Shown here: positions 9,496 to 21,181 of the stretch, piece by piece
Numbering within the stretch: the stretch's first letter is position 1
Layout: each line of letters opens with the position of its first letter
Position numbers and translations under genes: made by a program
The notes under the pieces: model-generated
Told to the model about the DNA's origin: nothing
Databases searched by the model: none
What the model saw: only the letters and a program-made list of their open reading frames with translations
Assembly: GCA_000004985.1 (NCBI GenBank)
Contig: GG738896.1
Strand: one strand, 5' to 3'
DNA from: Naegleria gruberi
Lineage: Eukaryota
Length of the DNA: 64,000 nucleotides

Positions 9496-12042
9496 ATGAG
9501 AAGAGGAATTAACACACTTTCCAAACTTTCTTCGAAGAGTTTGACAAGACAACAATCTTTGATTGCTAGATTTTTGGTGGAGCAATGTAGAATGTTTTCT
9601 TCATCGGGAGTGAAACTCTCAGAAGGTATTACAACAACACCATACCTTCCGAGAGCATCAATTGAAGAGCAATTTTTCAAAGTTTTTGCTAAAAAGAAGG
9701 ATTTGCCTGAAAGTACTGATGATGGAAAGGTTGTTGCACCAGCTGAGAAATTATCTGGAGTTTTGATTTTAGGACCAAAAGGATCTGGAAAGACAACGTT
9801 TTTAAGCAAAACGATTAGAAAAGTTAGAGAACAAGATAGTAATATTTTGGAAAACGATGGTGTACACACCATAGTAATTGATTTGGGAAGTATCAAATCA
9901 TGGATTCAAACATATTCTACAACAAACAAATTCCAAAAAGCATCAAGCATTTATTTAATTAACACTCTTACAAATCAATTGGAAAAAGAATACGAAAGAT
10001 TTAAGAAGAAACATGAAATTATGTTAAAGAATGAAAAAGTTGAACCAAGTACTACTGTCACATCATCAAATCAAGAGCAAAAACCAATAGAAAATGAACT
10101 CACCACCACAGAAGAGGAAGAGCATCACGAGACTGGACTGAAGGCTGTTGTTCAAGTTCTTGAAGCTTGGGTTGAATATTTACAAGAAGTGAGAAATGTT
10201 CAAGAAGAACTCTCAGAAAAGGATATTTCCGTAGCTCTTGCCAAGTTCATGAATTTATTAGCTCAAAATTCCTTCTCAAAGACTGTTATTTTCTGTGATG
10301 ATTACCAAGAAATGTTTGAACATCCACAAACAAATAAGGCCTATTTTACCATGTTCCCATTCATTGAAATTTTGAAACTCCCAGATAATATTGAATTCGT
10401 TTACGCTTGCGAAGAAAAAACAAATCTTTTCAAATATACAAATACATATCGTGGAAAATCGGAAAAGCATAATTTGATTAACTTCGGAAGACTTAGTAAT
10501 GAGGATGTAGACTTATTCTTGGAAAATTATAAGAAAACCAATGAGAATCCTTTATTGGAACATCCAGAAGAAATCAAAAGACTTACCAACAACTTTATCG
10601 GAGACATTGTGCACCTTCTTAATAATTATAGATCATTTGAGGATTACATTAGAGACTCTAAACAAAATTATCAACACAAGTTAGTTAAGTCAATTTTCGA
10701 AGAAAAGCTTGGTAACGTGAGAAAAGTTATAGCTTTCCAAAAGCAAAAGGATCAATTAGAATCAGGAGAATTTGCCAATATCACCATCGAAGACAAACCA
10801 TTTACTATTGGTGATATTACATTTAATAACCAAGAAGAAGTTACCATGTGTATGGATAGCAGTAGACTTAATTTTTACAATAATGCATTCGATTGGTACC
10901 TTTCTAGAAATGATTACTCTGAGAAATACAACTCTTCTCTCATGGAATCAACCTTACTGGATACAAATATTTGGTATAGAATTTCTTCGAAAAATGGAAC
11001 CAAGTACAAGTTCAGAAATTCGATGGCCGAATCTGTTTTCAAGCAAAATTTGGCAAATCACTTGTATGCCACAAAGTTCAACCTTCACTCTACTAGATCA
11101 GAAAGGATAATGTCTTTGTGGTTGGCCAAGACACCTTTCCCAAAGAAGAGAAATGCATTGATTTTGGAACTTCTTGCTCGTCTTTTGGAGGATCAATCCC
11201 AAATTATTGGAAAAGTAGAATATAGAGCTGGTAAGAAGCTAGAAATTTTGAAAGAAAAATTGAAGCAAAGAATCAAGCCAAAGACTGAAATTGATGCATT
11301 GCTTGAACAAGAGCCAAAGTTAGACATGAAGGGTTTGTCTGTTTGTTTGAATCAACCTAGTCCTCTCATTTCATTCTTCGGTAGAGATCTTTCTGACTTC
11401 TCCAAGGGGTCTCTGATATCTATTAAGCCTGGATCACCTCCATTCAATGTAAATATTCATGAGGTTTCTTCAGACAGTCAAGTTGCCGAAGCTCTCAAAT
11501 CCATTTGTGAAAAAGACTTATTGGATGACATTCATATTGTTTATCCAAAGTATAGTTTGTATAATGACATTGATGTTGTCATTGCAACAAAGGGTGAATC
11601 TGGTCTCGATGTATTTACAATAAGAATTGTTGAAGGAAATGGATTTGGTAAGAAACCAGTTGACTTCCAAGATACTTCCAATGTTAAGAATTATATTTCT
11701 GTTGTCAATAGTTTGAAATCAAATAATTTTGAATCTGTGAATCATCATTTTGCTCTCTTTGCTTTGGAAAAGACTCACACCAACGTAAAGAATTACAAAC
11801 TGTACATTCCAGAAGATTTGGCATCATTATTGCCTAAAGTAACAATCTCATATGTGGAAGATTACTTTACAGAAGATACTGAAAGAATTTCGCAATACTC
11901 CGAATATCTTCAACAATTAGAGGAAGAACTCAAACAAGAGGAGAATGATGAATTGAACTTTGGTGATACTAATACTGTTGAAGCAATGATGTCCCAAATG
12001 GGTCACAAGAATTTGCCATGGTACGATAAGGTTGACATGTAA
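9496..12042 (+). CDS. P-loop NTPase of unknown function (Walker A GPKGSGKTTFL; Walker B-like HTIVIDLGS), with a basic Ser/Arg-rich N-terminus that may be an organellar presequence
   Basis: The ORF track starts at TTG 9415. The first ATG is at about 9496 (aaaaaATGAGAAGAGG). 848 aa with no recognisable partner domains. Confidence 0.5.
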   Translation: MRRGINTLSKLSSKSLTRQQSLIARFLVEQCRMFSSSGVKLSEGITTTPYLPRASIEEQFFKVFAKKKDLPESTDDGKVVAPAEKLSGVLILGPKGSGKTTFLSKTIRKVREQDSNILENDGVHTIVIDLGSIKSWIQTYSTTNKFQKASSIYLINTLTNQLEKEYERFKKKHEIMLKNEKVEPSTTVTSSNQEQKPIENELTTTEEEEHHETGLKAVVQVLEAWVEYLQEVRNVQEELSEKDISVALAKFMNLLAQNSFSKTVIFCDDYQEMFEHPQTNKAYFTMFPFIEILKLPDNIEFVYACEEKTNLFKYTNTYRGKSEKHNLINFGRLSNEDVDLFLENYKKTNENPLLEHPEEIKRLTNNFIGDIVHLLNNYRSFEDYIRDSKQNYQHKLVKSIFEEKLGNVRKVIAFQKQKDQLESGEFANITIEDKPFTIGDITFNNQEEVTMCMDSSRLNFYNNAFDWYLSRNDYSEKYNSSLMESTLLDTNIWYRISSKNGTKYKFRNSMAESVFKQNLANHLYATKFNLHSTRSERIMSLWLAKTPFPKKRNALILELLARLLEDQSQIIGKVEYRAGKKLEILKEKLKQRIKPKTEIDALLEQEPKLDMKGLSVCLNQPSPLISFFGRDLSDFSKGSLISIKPGSPPFNVNIHEVSSDSQVAEALKSICEKDLLDDIHIVYPKYSLYNDIDVVIATKGESGLDVFTIRIVEGNGFGKKPVDFQDTSNVKNYISVVNSLKSNNFESVNHHFALFALEKTHTNVKNYKLYIPEDLASLLPKVTISYVEDYFTEDTERISQYSEYLQQLEEELKQEENDELNFGDTNTVEAMMSQMGHKNLPWYDKVDM

Positions 12043-12428
12043 TAAAGATTTAGACTTCTAACATTAATCATGATGAATTTTGCCCAAATATTCTTGTGAG
12101 CAAAAATGACAATAGATTGGCTGTAACTGGGCAAGGATAATAATTTTCCCCTTCCTTAATATTATCATTGTAAAATTTATATCAAAACGACGTTCAGCAA
12201 AATTACATTTTCAAATTGGACAATATTCCAATTATAATAAACTCACCAAAATTGTTCTCTACAAACATTTGGCTTGCCAAGGAAAAAACCTCAAAAAAAT
12301 CCTCCCAACTCTCGACTTGGCTTTAATTATCTGTTAACTTGTGTTGTTGTGTGATCATCTAGTATATAAGCCAATCAAATAGTCTTTAATTCGGAACAAT
12401 AATAACATTGTAATATTATAATTTGAAA

Positions 12429-13864
12429 ATGATTTCATCATCAAGTAGAGGAAGTTTGAGTAGTGTTAGTAGCAATGATACTACACATCAACCATTTGTT
12501 GTGGATGAGGACTTTTTAAAGGATATTGAAAAGCATTATAGTAAATCATTGAAGAGTAAATCTTTCCAATATATTGTTGGTGTTGATGTAGGTGCAACTA
12601 ATACAAGAATTGCCATCCAATTTATTGTTAATGATGAGGATGATGAAGTATTCATGACTAAATTCCCATGTAATACTGCTACCAACTTGGCAGAACATCT
12701 TACATTTTATGGTAAAGCTTTGGTTAAAATTGTTAAACAAGGAAGTGCTGCTGGTACTATTGCTCTTGCAGGTCCAGTTACTGGAGAAAAGGTTAGAATT
12801 ACAAACTACAAGGAAAATGATCAGGAATTTTACTATTCTCAACTCACTGATACTCTCTTCCCTGCTCATAAGAATACCTTGTTGAATGATCTTGAAGCCA
12901 GTTGTTATGGTATTATTAATGTTGGCACCAATAATCGTCTCCATGAATTCTTCTGTCCATATGATAGTGCTAATAATTTTGCAACACCACAAACAGTAAG
13001 ACTTTCCGATACTAGTGAATGTGAGTAGTAGTTTAATCTCAATTATTATTGAATCATTAATTTATTCATTAGATGCTGTTTTGGCTATGGGAACTGGTTT
13101 GGGAACTGGATTGATTGTTGGAGCTTCTGGAGGTAAATTTAATGTTATTCCATTGGAAGCTGGTCACGTTCATGTTGCTACTCCTGGTACTAATTCATGT
13201 GATTTCCACGAAGATCGTGAAAGAATTGAATTCCTTAGTCAAAAGATTTATAGTGGTATTTACCCAATTGAATATGAGGATATTTGTAGTGGAAGAGGTT
13301 TGGAATATTGTTATGAATTTGAAATTAGAAATATTCCCAATGCTCAAAGAAAGAATGCTGCTCAAAGTATGTGTTTATTATTATCAATTTTTGTAATAAT
13401 TTAATTATGAATATTTTTTAAAAGTTGCTGAATCTTACTCAACTGATGTACATTCAAGAGATGCCATGATTACACACTATCGTTACTTGATGCAAGCTGC
13501 TCAAAATATTGCTATTTTGATTCCAACTTGTCGTGGTGTCTTCCTTGCTGGTGACAATCAAGTATACAATGAAGATTTCTTTAAGGAACACATTAATATC
13601 CTCCAAAAGGAACTCTTCATAACTCACCAAAAGAAAAACTGGTTGACAGACTTGAAACCATACAGACAAATGAAGGAATATAACTTTAATGTTAAGGGTT
13701 GTCTTCAAAAGGCTAAGGAACTAGCCCATCTTGATGTTACTCATGTCACTACCAATACCTCTCCAGCTAAGAACAGCTTTAAGGATGCTCTTTCTGTTGT
13801 TATACCAGCTGCCTTCTTCTCTGTACTTTCCTTCTTCACTGCTAAGAATATGTATGAAAAGTAA
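12429..13864 (+). CDS. Bacterial-type glucokinase (Glk family, EC 2.7.1.2); 3 exons (about 12429..13020, 13073..13366, 13425..13864)
   Basis: N-terminal [15 protein letters not shown] aligns with the E. coli Glk motif [38 protein letters not shown] aligns with the Glk catalytic core. Intron 1 is gtgagt..cattag and intron 2 is gtatgt..ttaaaag. Phases are consistent with ORFs 12423.., 13015.. and 13466... The assembled product is about 441 aa. Confidence 0.75.
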
Positions 13865-13866
13865 AT

Positions 13867-14373
13867 CTATTTTACACTTTTTTCTGACTCGGATTTCTCA
13901 GCTTCTTGTTCATCTATCGTCTTGATTAGTAAGGACCTATCATGTTCAAAGAGAAGCACCAAAAGCACTGTTCTTCCAAGGCAATACAGAACACCAAGCA
14001 CAAATATCACTAAAAACATAGCAAAAGCCACAAAGAAACCAGTGGATGTAGTAAAAACAAAGGAATCATCAGTCTTGATTATCTTTGCTGCCTTCTCTGT
14101 AACTCTCTGCCAAACATGAAGCACTAGGAAAACTATGGAACCAATCAGAGAAATTAATGATATAAATACAGAAAAGCCAATATGCGCAAAGAAGTTTTTC
14201 CTCTCTCTCTTGATCTTATCCAAAGTATGCTCTTCTTGAATTTCATAATCATCAACTTCCTCAATTTCCACCGGGGCTAAACTACCCTTCCTTCCTCTAT
14301 TTCCAACTTTAATTTCTATTACATCATTTGATGAGTCTTGAGAGGAACGCACCATTGAGATTTTCTTCGTCAT
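13867..14373 (-). CDS. Small two-TM membrane protein, hypothetical
   Basis: 168 aa with a real ATG. Two hydrophobic helices (FFAHIGFSVFISLISLIGSIVFLVL; GFFVAFAMFLVIFVLGVLYCL) flanked by acidic tails. Confidence 0.4.
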   Translation of the reverse strand: MTKKISMVRSSQDSSNDVIEIKVGNRGRKGSLAPVEIEEVDDYEIQEEHTLDKIKRERKNFFAHIGFSVFISLISLIGSIVFLVLHVWQRVTEKAAKIIKTDDSFVFTTSTGFFVAFAMFLVIFVLGVLYCLGRTVLLVLLFEHDRSLLIKTIDEQEAEKSESEKSVK

Positions 14374-14809
14374 CTTGTTGGTTTAAAAAGTTTATAACAA
14401 AAAGGTGGTTGTATGTTGTCCTTTTTTCTTTATCTTTGAAAAACAACGAACACACAATATTTGACTATTGTTGAGAGAGATACATTAAGTTGGAACAAAA
14501 GGGGGATTTAAGGCTCCAACAAGTGAAAAAAACAATAGATTGTTAATGAGCATCATGGTCCCAATTAAGGTACCAAGCTTATTTATCTGGATAATACCTT
14601 GAACTGAAAAGATTCTTAGTTAGATGCATCAAGAAACAAAGTTTTGAGCGATCAACAACATTGTATGTTACTTGTTTTGGGTATTGTAAAAGCGATTTTC
14701 TTTGGCTGTTTTCTTACGTTATTCTCCTTTAAAACAATATCTTTTATTGATTTATTATTATATTCTAATACAAGATCAAATATTGATAGAAATGTTTCAA
14801 TCCTCCATC

Positions 14810-16768
14810 TCAATTAACTCCTGTTGATTTAAACCCATCTTTATGGTAAAAGATTCCCATTGATTCTACAGTTTCCTTGAGAGAATGGTGACGTCCAGTA
14901 TATCCCACATAAATTTCATTCAAATTATGAAAACTTGACAGAAAGTTCAAAATCTTTGCTTCTGAATATTCGTTAAAATTGTTCGGTTCCAATTTGAGAG
15001 ATTTCAGTTTTGTTAATTTTTCCATCACCCAATACAGACCTATATGTGATATTTTATCTTCATCGATAATTATCAGGTTCCTAAGCTTTCTTCCTAGTGA
15101 GCTATTGGCTAGGAGTTTCAAATCAGAATCTATCAAACCAACTCTTTTCAAAGTGAGAGATTTCAAGTTGATTAAATTAGAGCTTTCAAAAAGATTAGAT
15201 ATTCCTGTACCTTCTTCCGAAGTAATATTATTTTCTATAACCATTTCTTCAAGAGAATTGAGATTTTCACTCAGTGAGATGATATTCAAATCTATAGGTT
15301 TCAATTTACAGTTTAAAAAAGATAGATATTTCAATGATTTAGAATTATTTCCAGAAAATAACACTTCCAATCCTTCTTTTCCCATCTGAATATCGTTCAA
15401 TTCCAAACGTTGAATGTGAACTAGAAAAGAACAATCTTTCAATTCAGAAAAGTCGATCTTTGTAGTTTCTGATTGTAAAACAAGTTTTTTCAATCTGCAA
15501 AACTTTGGGTGAGATAACAGCTTAAAGAAATCATCTTTAACATCACACGCTACGCAGTCTATAGTTTCTAAACCCCTAATTGCTGATGAAAAAGCAATTG
15601 ATTTTAAAAGGTTGGTCTCAAATCTTCCATACAGACCTCTAACGTTACTAAAATTAGAGCTCATGAGATGTTGAGAGCACTCCTCGTTCTCTGATAGGCT
15701 CCTCAAATTCAAGCACAATCTGCTCAGATTTCTAATACTATTACTCATTGAAAGAGCTTTTAACCCATCAGACTTCATAAACATGTTAAGGTAAAAGATA
15801 TTCTGAATATCTTCTAATTCTTCTAAGTATTCTGATTGACTCAACGTAAGTGCAACACTATTCAAGTTATGTGCACAGCAAAAACGTTTCAATTTCCTAA
15901 AACTGGGGCTTTCAATAAAGTGTTTGAACTCGCCAATTTCTAAACTGGTCAAGTTTTTGATATACTTTCCATTACCTAAATGTTTCAAAGCTTCAGAGGA
16001 GAATTTCCCACCATTCTCAAGCAAATTCAAATCAGTTAAATGTTGAAAATTTTCAGAGTTAGCCATCAATTTAATATCCTCATCCCCAGCAGAACCAATG
16101 TCGTCAATGATATGAAGAGTTTCTAACTTGGTAATGAATGCACTTTTACACAATGCTTCCATTCCATCCGAATTGATAACACTTCCCAGCCATATCAATT
16201 TTTTCAGATTGGAAAAGTATTTACATTTGGAAATTTCACACATTAACTGATTTGAAGTATCATCAGCAGAACCACTATATTCCAACTCTAAAGATTTCAC
16301 CTTTTCCATTTCAGGAAATTTAGTAATCTTTAAATAATTCTCATCAAATTTATCTCTTAGGACGAGTGAAATTTCTTGTACATTCTTGAATATTTTGATA
16401 AATGATTGAAGATAATTAATCGAATAGCATGTCACATCAATTTCTTTTACCTTTGAAAAACATTGACAAGTGGCAAATTTATGAACATCTTGCTTGGCAA
16501 AGAGAGAATTAATTTTCACAAATTTAATACTACTGAGGAGGGGAACATGTTCTCTCTCATAAATTTCCCTATCACTAAATATTCTTCTCAAGTTACCACT
16601 TTCTAATTCTATCGGATAGTTTATCAAAGAAATTGCCAAATCACTCACACTTCTCCACTGCTTGCAAACAAGAGAATAACTATTAACAATTTCATGAAAA
16701 TCTGCAAAATTTTGAAGCAAATAACAAAGCAAATCATTGATAATAAAAGGTGGTGAAGATGAAGCCAT
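14810..16768 (-). CDS. F-box-like / LRR (RNI-type) protein
   Basis: N-terminal DLLCYLLQNFADFHEIVNSYSLVCKQWRS is F-box-like. The body is continuous LRR_RI repeats. Single exon of 652 aa. Confidence 0.65.
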   Translation of the reverse strand: MASSSPPFIINDLLCYLLQNFADFHEIVNSYSLVCKQWRSVSDLAISLINYPIELESGNLRRIFSDREIYEREHVPLLSSIKFVKINSLFAKQDVHKFATCQCFSKVKEIDVTCYSINYLQSFIKIFKNVQEISLVLRDKFDENYLKITKFPEMEKVKSLELEYSGSADDTSNQLMCEISKCKYFSNLKKLIWLGSVINSDGMEALCKSAFITKLETLHIIDDIGSAGDEDIKLMANSENFQHLTDLNLLENGGKFSSEALKHLGNGKYIKNLTSLEIGEFKHFIESPSFRKLKRFCCAHNLNSVALTLSQSEYLEELEDIQNIFYLNMFMKSDGLKALSMSNSIRNLSRLCLNLRSLSENEECSQHLMSSNFSNVRGLYGRFETNLLKSIAFSSAIRGLETIDCVACDVKDDFFKLLSHPKFCRLKKLVLQSETTKIDFSELKDCSFLVHIQRLELNDIQMGKEGLEVLFSGNNSKSLKYLSFLNCKLKPIDLNIISLSENLNSLEEMVIENNITSEEGTGISNLFESSNLINLKSLTLKRVGLIDSDLKLLANSSLGRKLRNLIIIDEDKISHIGLYWVMEKLTKLKSLKLEPNNFNEYSEAKILNFLSSFHNLNEIYVGYTGRHHSLKETVESMGIFYHKDGFKSTGVN

Positions 16769-17705
16769 TTTTTTGAGATAAAATCCGATTGACCAGATTT
16801 ACAAAATGACCTGAATGAAGTGAATAATCTGACACTATTCACCGTCATTGAATGGGAATTGTTGTACAACCAGTAATTAACATCACAAAACACTGAGGCT
16901 GTTCGAATGGAAAGAGTTCATCGTTTTCATCATCCAACCTAAAAGATAAGAAATTGAGTCGTAGCGTGGCAACCTATTGAAGACATGTTTCAATTCTTGC
17001 AAAATTGAAAGAATTTCCATATCCAAACTGCTAGCCCAACCTGGCAACATTTATGTTTCGCCACCTTCTGGAGGAGAAGTTAACTATTTAATAACAGTTT
17101 CTCATAAAAGCACTGTAACTGTTTCAGAAATTAAGAAATCTGGTATACAATTTTGTGACCCAAGGAATAACAGCTAACAATTAATAGGTTTTGAAAGATA
17201 GTTGGATCTTGTTTATTTCTACTGTTTCTTGCAGTTTCTATTGGAATGGTAACTTTTGTTGTAAAGAGAAACCAGCAACAGAAATCTCATCAAACATACG
17301 AATTGTAAATAGTAAACAACCAGATTCATTGCTTTTAACACCACTTTACATTTTCATTATCCATCATCCACCTTCTAATTGACAAGAGTTCGAGCGCCTA
17401 ATTTTTTGAATCCATTCCTTACTGTAAATTTGATTTTGGTGATGAGATTATGAAAAGCTTGCTCAACTGTAGTGGCATGAACAGAGAATACTAAAAGATT
17501 ATTCCACAGTTTCGTTCATTTCTATGGAACAAATCTCAAATTCTCAAGAAGGAAGTTTTCATTCAAGCACCGACTGATGAATCAACGACAGGCACACGAT
17601 ACTCCAACGGTTTCTTTGAGTTTTATTAATAAAAAACAAATAGCACCACATTCGCTCTCTGCCATCGAGTAAAACAAATCATCCGTTAAAATATTTACAA
17701 AAAAA

Positions 17706-18469
<764 letters not shown>

Positions 18470-18544
18470 TATAACCACATAATAAGCATTAATCAATGTT
18501 TAGTTTCACTAACTTATATGTAAATAATCAGTAAATTAGAAAGT

Positions 18545-20590
18545 TTATTCCTCATCTATTTCATCATCAAAATAAGGAACATCTAGCCCTAAATGTTGTA
18601 AAAGAACTGAGGTTGGTCCATATTCTGATCCTTGAGCTTGTAAGGATCTGAGAAGATTCTTCATCACATTAGCATCTGTAATTTCCGATCTTTGTTGAGT
18701 GTCACCGAATTGATATAATTCATCATCCATTTTTTGCATTAGGTCTTCCATTTCTGGATCAATTGTTTCTTCGTCTTCCCAATCGTCATCATCATTTTCG
18801 TTATCGTCAATGTCCTCATCTTCGTCTACTTCCTCTTCTATGTTAAACTTTTCTATCAACTCCTCAATAGGATATTTCCCAAATGTTTCCTTAAGAAAAT
18901 TGTCTAAACGAGATTGATCGTTTGGTGCAGTTGATGATGAGGATATGAATGACCAATCATCCTTACTTGTCTTATGTTTTGATTTGGTTTTTACACCTCC
19001 AATATTTGATTCTTCCTCCTCAATAAATGATTTCACTTTATCCATCATATCTTTGGCTTTCTTTTCTATATCTTGTTCTCCTTCTCCACTTTCTGAAAAT
19101 CCCTTCTGAGAGAAATACTTCTCCATCTCTTCATTGGCAGAGTCAAGCCAATCATCAGTGTCAACTATTAACTTTCTCTGTTTGATTTCTTTCATTGACA
19201 AGGTAGAACCTTCCATTAAAGCTTGCTCAATGAAATAACAATTTGCTGTCTTTCCAAACTCATCATAGTATGTTTTTGATTTGGTCACAAGATTATTGAA
19301 CTTATCAGTGCCACTCATTTCCAAACCAAAGTATCCATGATCGTAGAGATGATCCACATAATCTTCAAAGGAATCAAAAATATCGATTGGTTTTTCCGCA
19401 TGATAGTACATTTCCAGTCCACATAATATCTTGAACCCAAGTTCGTATGCTTTTTCTTGTTTGTCTGTTCTCTTATTGCTAGGTCTGTAGATTGAAGCAA
19501 GTTTTGGAACATCATTCACGTCTATTCTACTCGATATTAATTGTACATATTGACATCTATTTACATTGACAGAATAGTATGTGAAATAATCTCTTAGTGA
19601 ACCATTATCTGATGATGGCTCAGTTGGTAAAAATCTCGAAAATGATTTTAGGAATTTCTCAGTGACAGTGTTTTTACGTGTCAAGTAATAAATACACTTG
19701 GATACAATCTGAGGGTGCTTATCGAGAAGTCTAATCACATCTAAAGGAAGGTAACAAGCTATTTTTTGAGAACCAAACTCTACTGCTTCCTTTGGGAATG
19801 AAGAAAGTCGAGTTGAAATGCAATTTTGAATAGAGTCTTCACTTTGACAGTATTTGGATTCTCTGAAAACCATTTCTACTGCCTTGTGGATATTTTGTAT
19901 TGGTTTGCTAATTGGAAATACTTCATAATATGAATAGGAAGGAGTTTCTGGCTGGTCAGGCAGAATATGTAATTTTCCATTATAAATAAAAACTCTATTG
20001 GTTGTCAATTCGGGTTCGTCATTCATCCATTCTGCAATGTAATCAGCTGCTTCAATTAGAAGGAATTCACCATCTTGGTCAGAAATTTGTACCACTACTT
20101 GATCTTTGAAATTCTTAGAGAGCTCAACAAGAAGATAGGTAATGAACCATTCATCAATGTTGGTCTCTGAAAAATTAACTCTTCCACAAATGTATGGATA
20201 AACAGGTTGATTATTTCTGAGAAACATTTCCTCGGTGCAATCTTCTAATTGCTCTGGAGGAGAAACAAATGTAATATTGAACATATCACCTTGCCAAACA
20301 TAATTTTCGGGAATTCTTTCTTTGAGGAAGTTATGAATCTCGCATGATTTCTCAAAGAATAATTCTTCATTAAAATCTTCAATCGTTTTTGTTTCATCCT
20401 TAAATCTTGATGTCAATTCTGGTTGTACAATAAATATTCTATATGATACAAAGTCATGTGTAAAGTTTTCAGAATTTTTCTGGAACAGATTCTTCAATAC
20501 TTGGTCAATTGGTAGATTTGGATCATAGCAAAACGAATCCTTATTATTCTTAGACTTGGTCTTTTTCTTATTTGTTTTAGGTTTTCTCAT
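18545..20590 (-). CDS. Ecdysoneless (ECD/SGT1-family) homolog
   Basis: [58 protein letters not shown] aligns with human ECD ([55 protein letters not shown]). It has an acidic DE-rich C-terminus ending ..[19 protein letters not shown]. Confidence 0.8.
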   Translation of the reverse strand: [681 protein letters not shown]

Positions 20591-21060
20591 TTGAATAAGT
20601 TTTTAATAGTTAAAATGTAGAAATAGGTAAAAAGTGACAATAATCTCGAGTATGGAAATATATATTTCAATCTAATAATATCCAATAAAGTTAAAATAGT
20701 ATTTTCTCTATTATTCGTATTGGTTTTAATTTGTTTTTCCAAAGCGTCTTTAAATCTTAAAGTATGATAATCAATTCTATCCTGTTCAAACCAATTCGAA
20801 ACCTTATTTATCTCCTCCAAAGCAGTCTGAGTGGTAACAAATTTACGATAGGTATTATTCTTTCTAAATTCCGAATCAGCACCTGATGATTTAATTAGTG
20901 ATGAGTCGTTTGTAAATTCAATATTGGCCATAAAATCCAATGTAATTAATCCGATGATGATGATTGATTTTAAAACAACAACAGCAACACCAATAAATAG
21001 CCTTTGATGATTTTTTTTGAATTTTTTAAATAAACATTTTTGTTTTTTAATATTGAACAT
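20587..21060 (-). CDS. Hypothetical 157-aa signal-anchor protein ORF directly abutting the ECD start (ATGA overlap); coding status uncertain
   Basis: Real ATG at 21060. One TM helix (LFIGVAVVVLKSIIIIGLITL). Its stop TGA overlaps the ECD ATG. An ORF of this length could arise by chance in about 33% GC sequence, so confidence is low. Confidence 0.25.
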   Translation of the reverse strand: MFNIKKQKCLFKKFKKNHQRLFIGVAVVVLKSIIIIGLITLDFMANIEFTNDSSLIKSSGADSEFRKNNTYRKFVTTQTALEEINKVSNWFEQDRIDYHTLRFKDALEKQIKTNTNNRENTILTLLDIIRLKYIFPYSRLLSLFTYFYILTIKNLFK

Positions 21061-21181
21061 GAACTAATTTCATCTTGAAGGAGATGTTTCGGAATGACAA
21101 TAAATGTTAAATAAACACAAAGGACATTATTTTCTAAATATTAAATTAAATAAATAATTTAAATATTAAAATTAAAAAAAA

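Noticed and set aside
9432-9896. 154-aa ORF antisense to the 5' end of the P-loop NTPase gene
   Set aside because: It overlaps a well-supported sense CDS, and the translation has no motifs. It is likely a chance open frame.
12546-12992. 148-aa ORF antisense to glucokinase exon 1
   Set aside because: Antisense to a conserved enzyme core, with no independent support.
16977-17382. Two 60-66-aa ORFs in the about 940-nt divergent region between the LRR gene and Rab11
   Set aside because: Short, with no start context or motifs. More likely a promoter/5'-UTR region. A ncRNA cannot be excluded, but nothing was recognisable.
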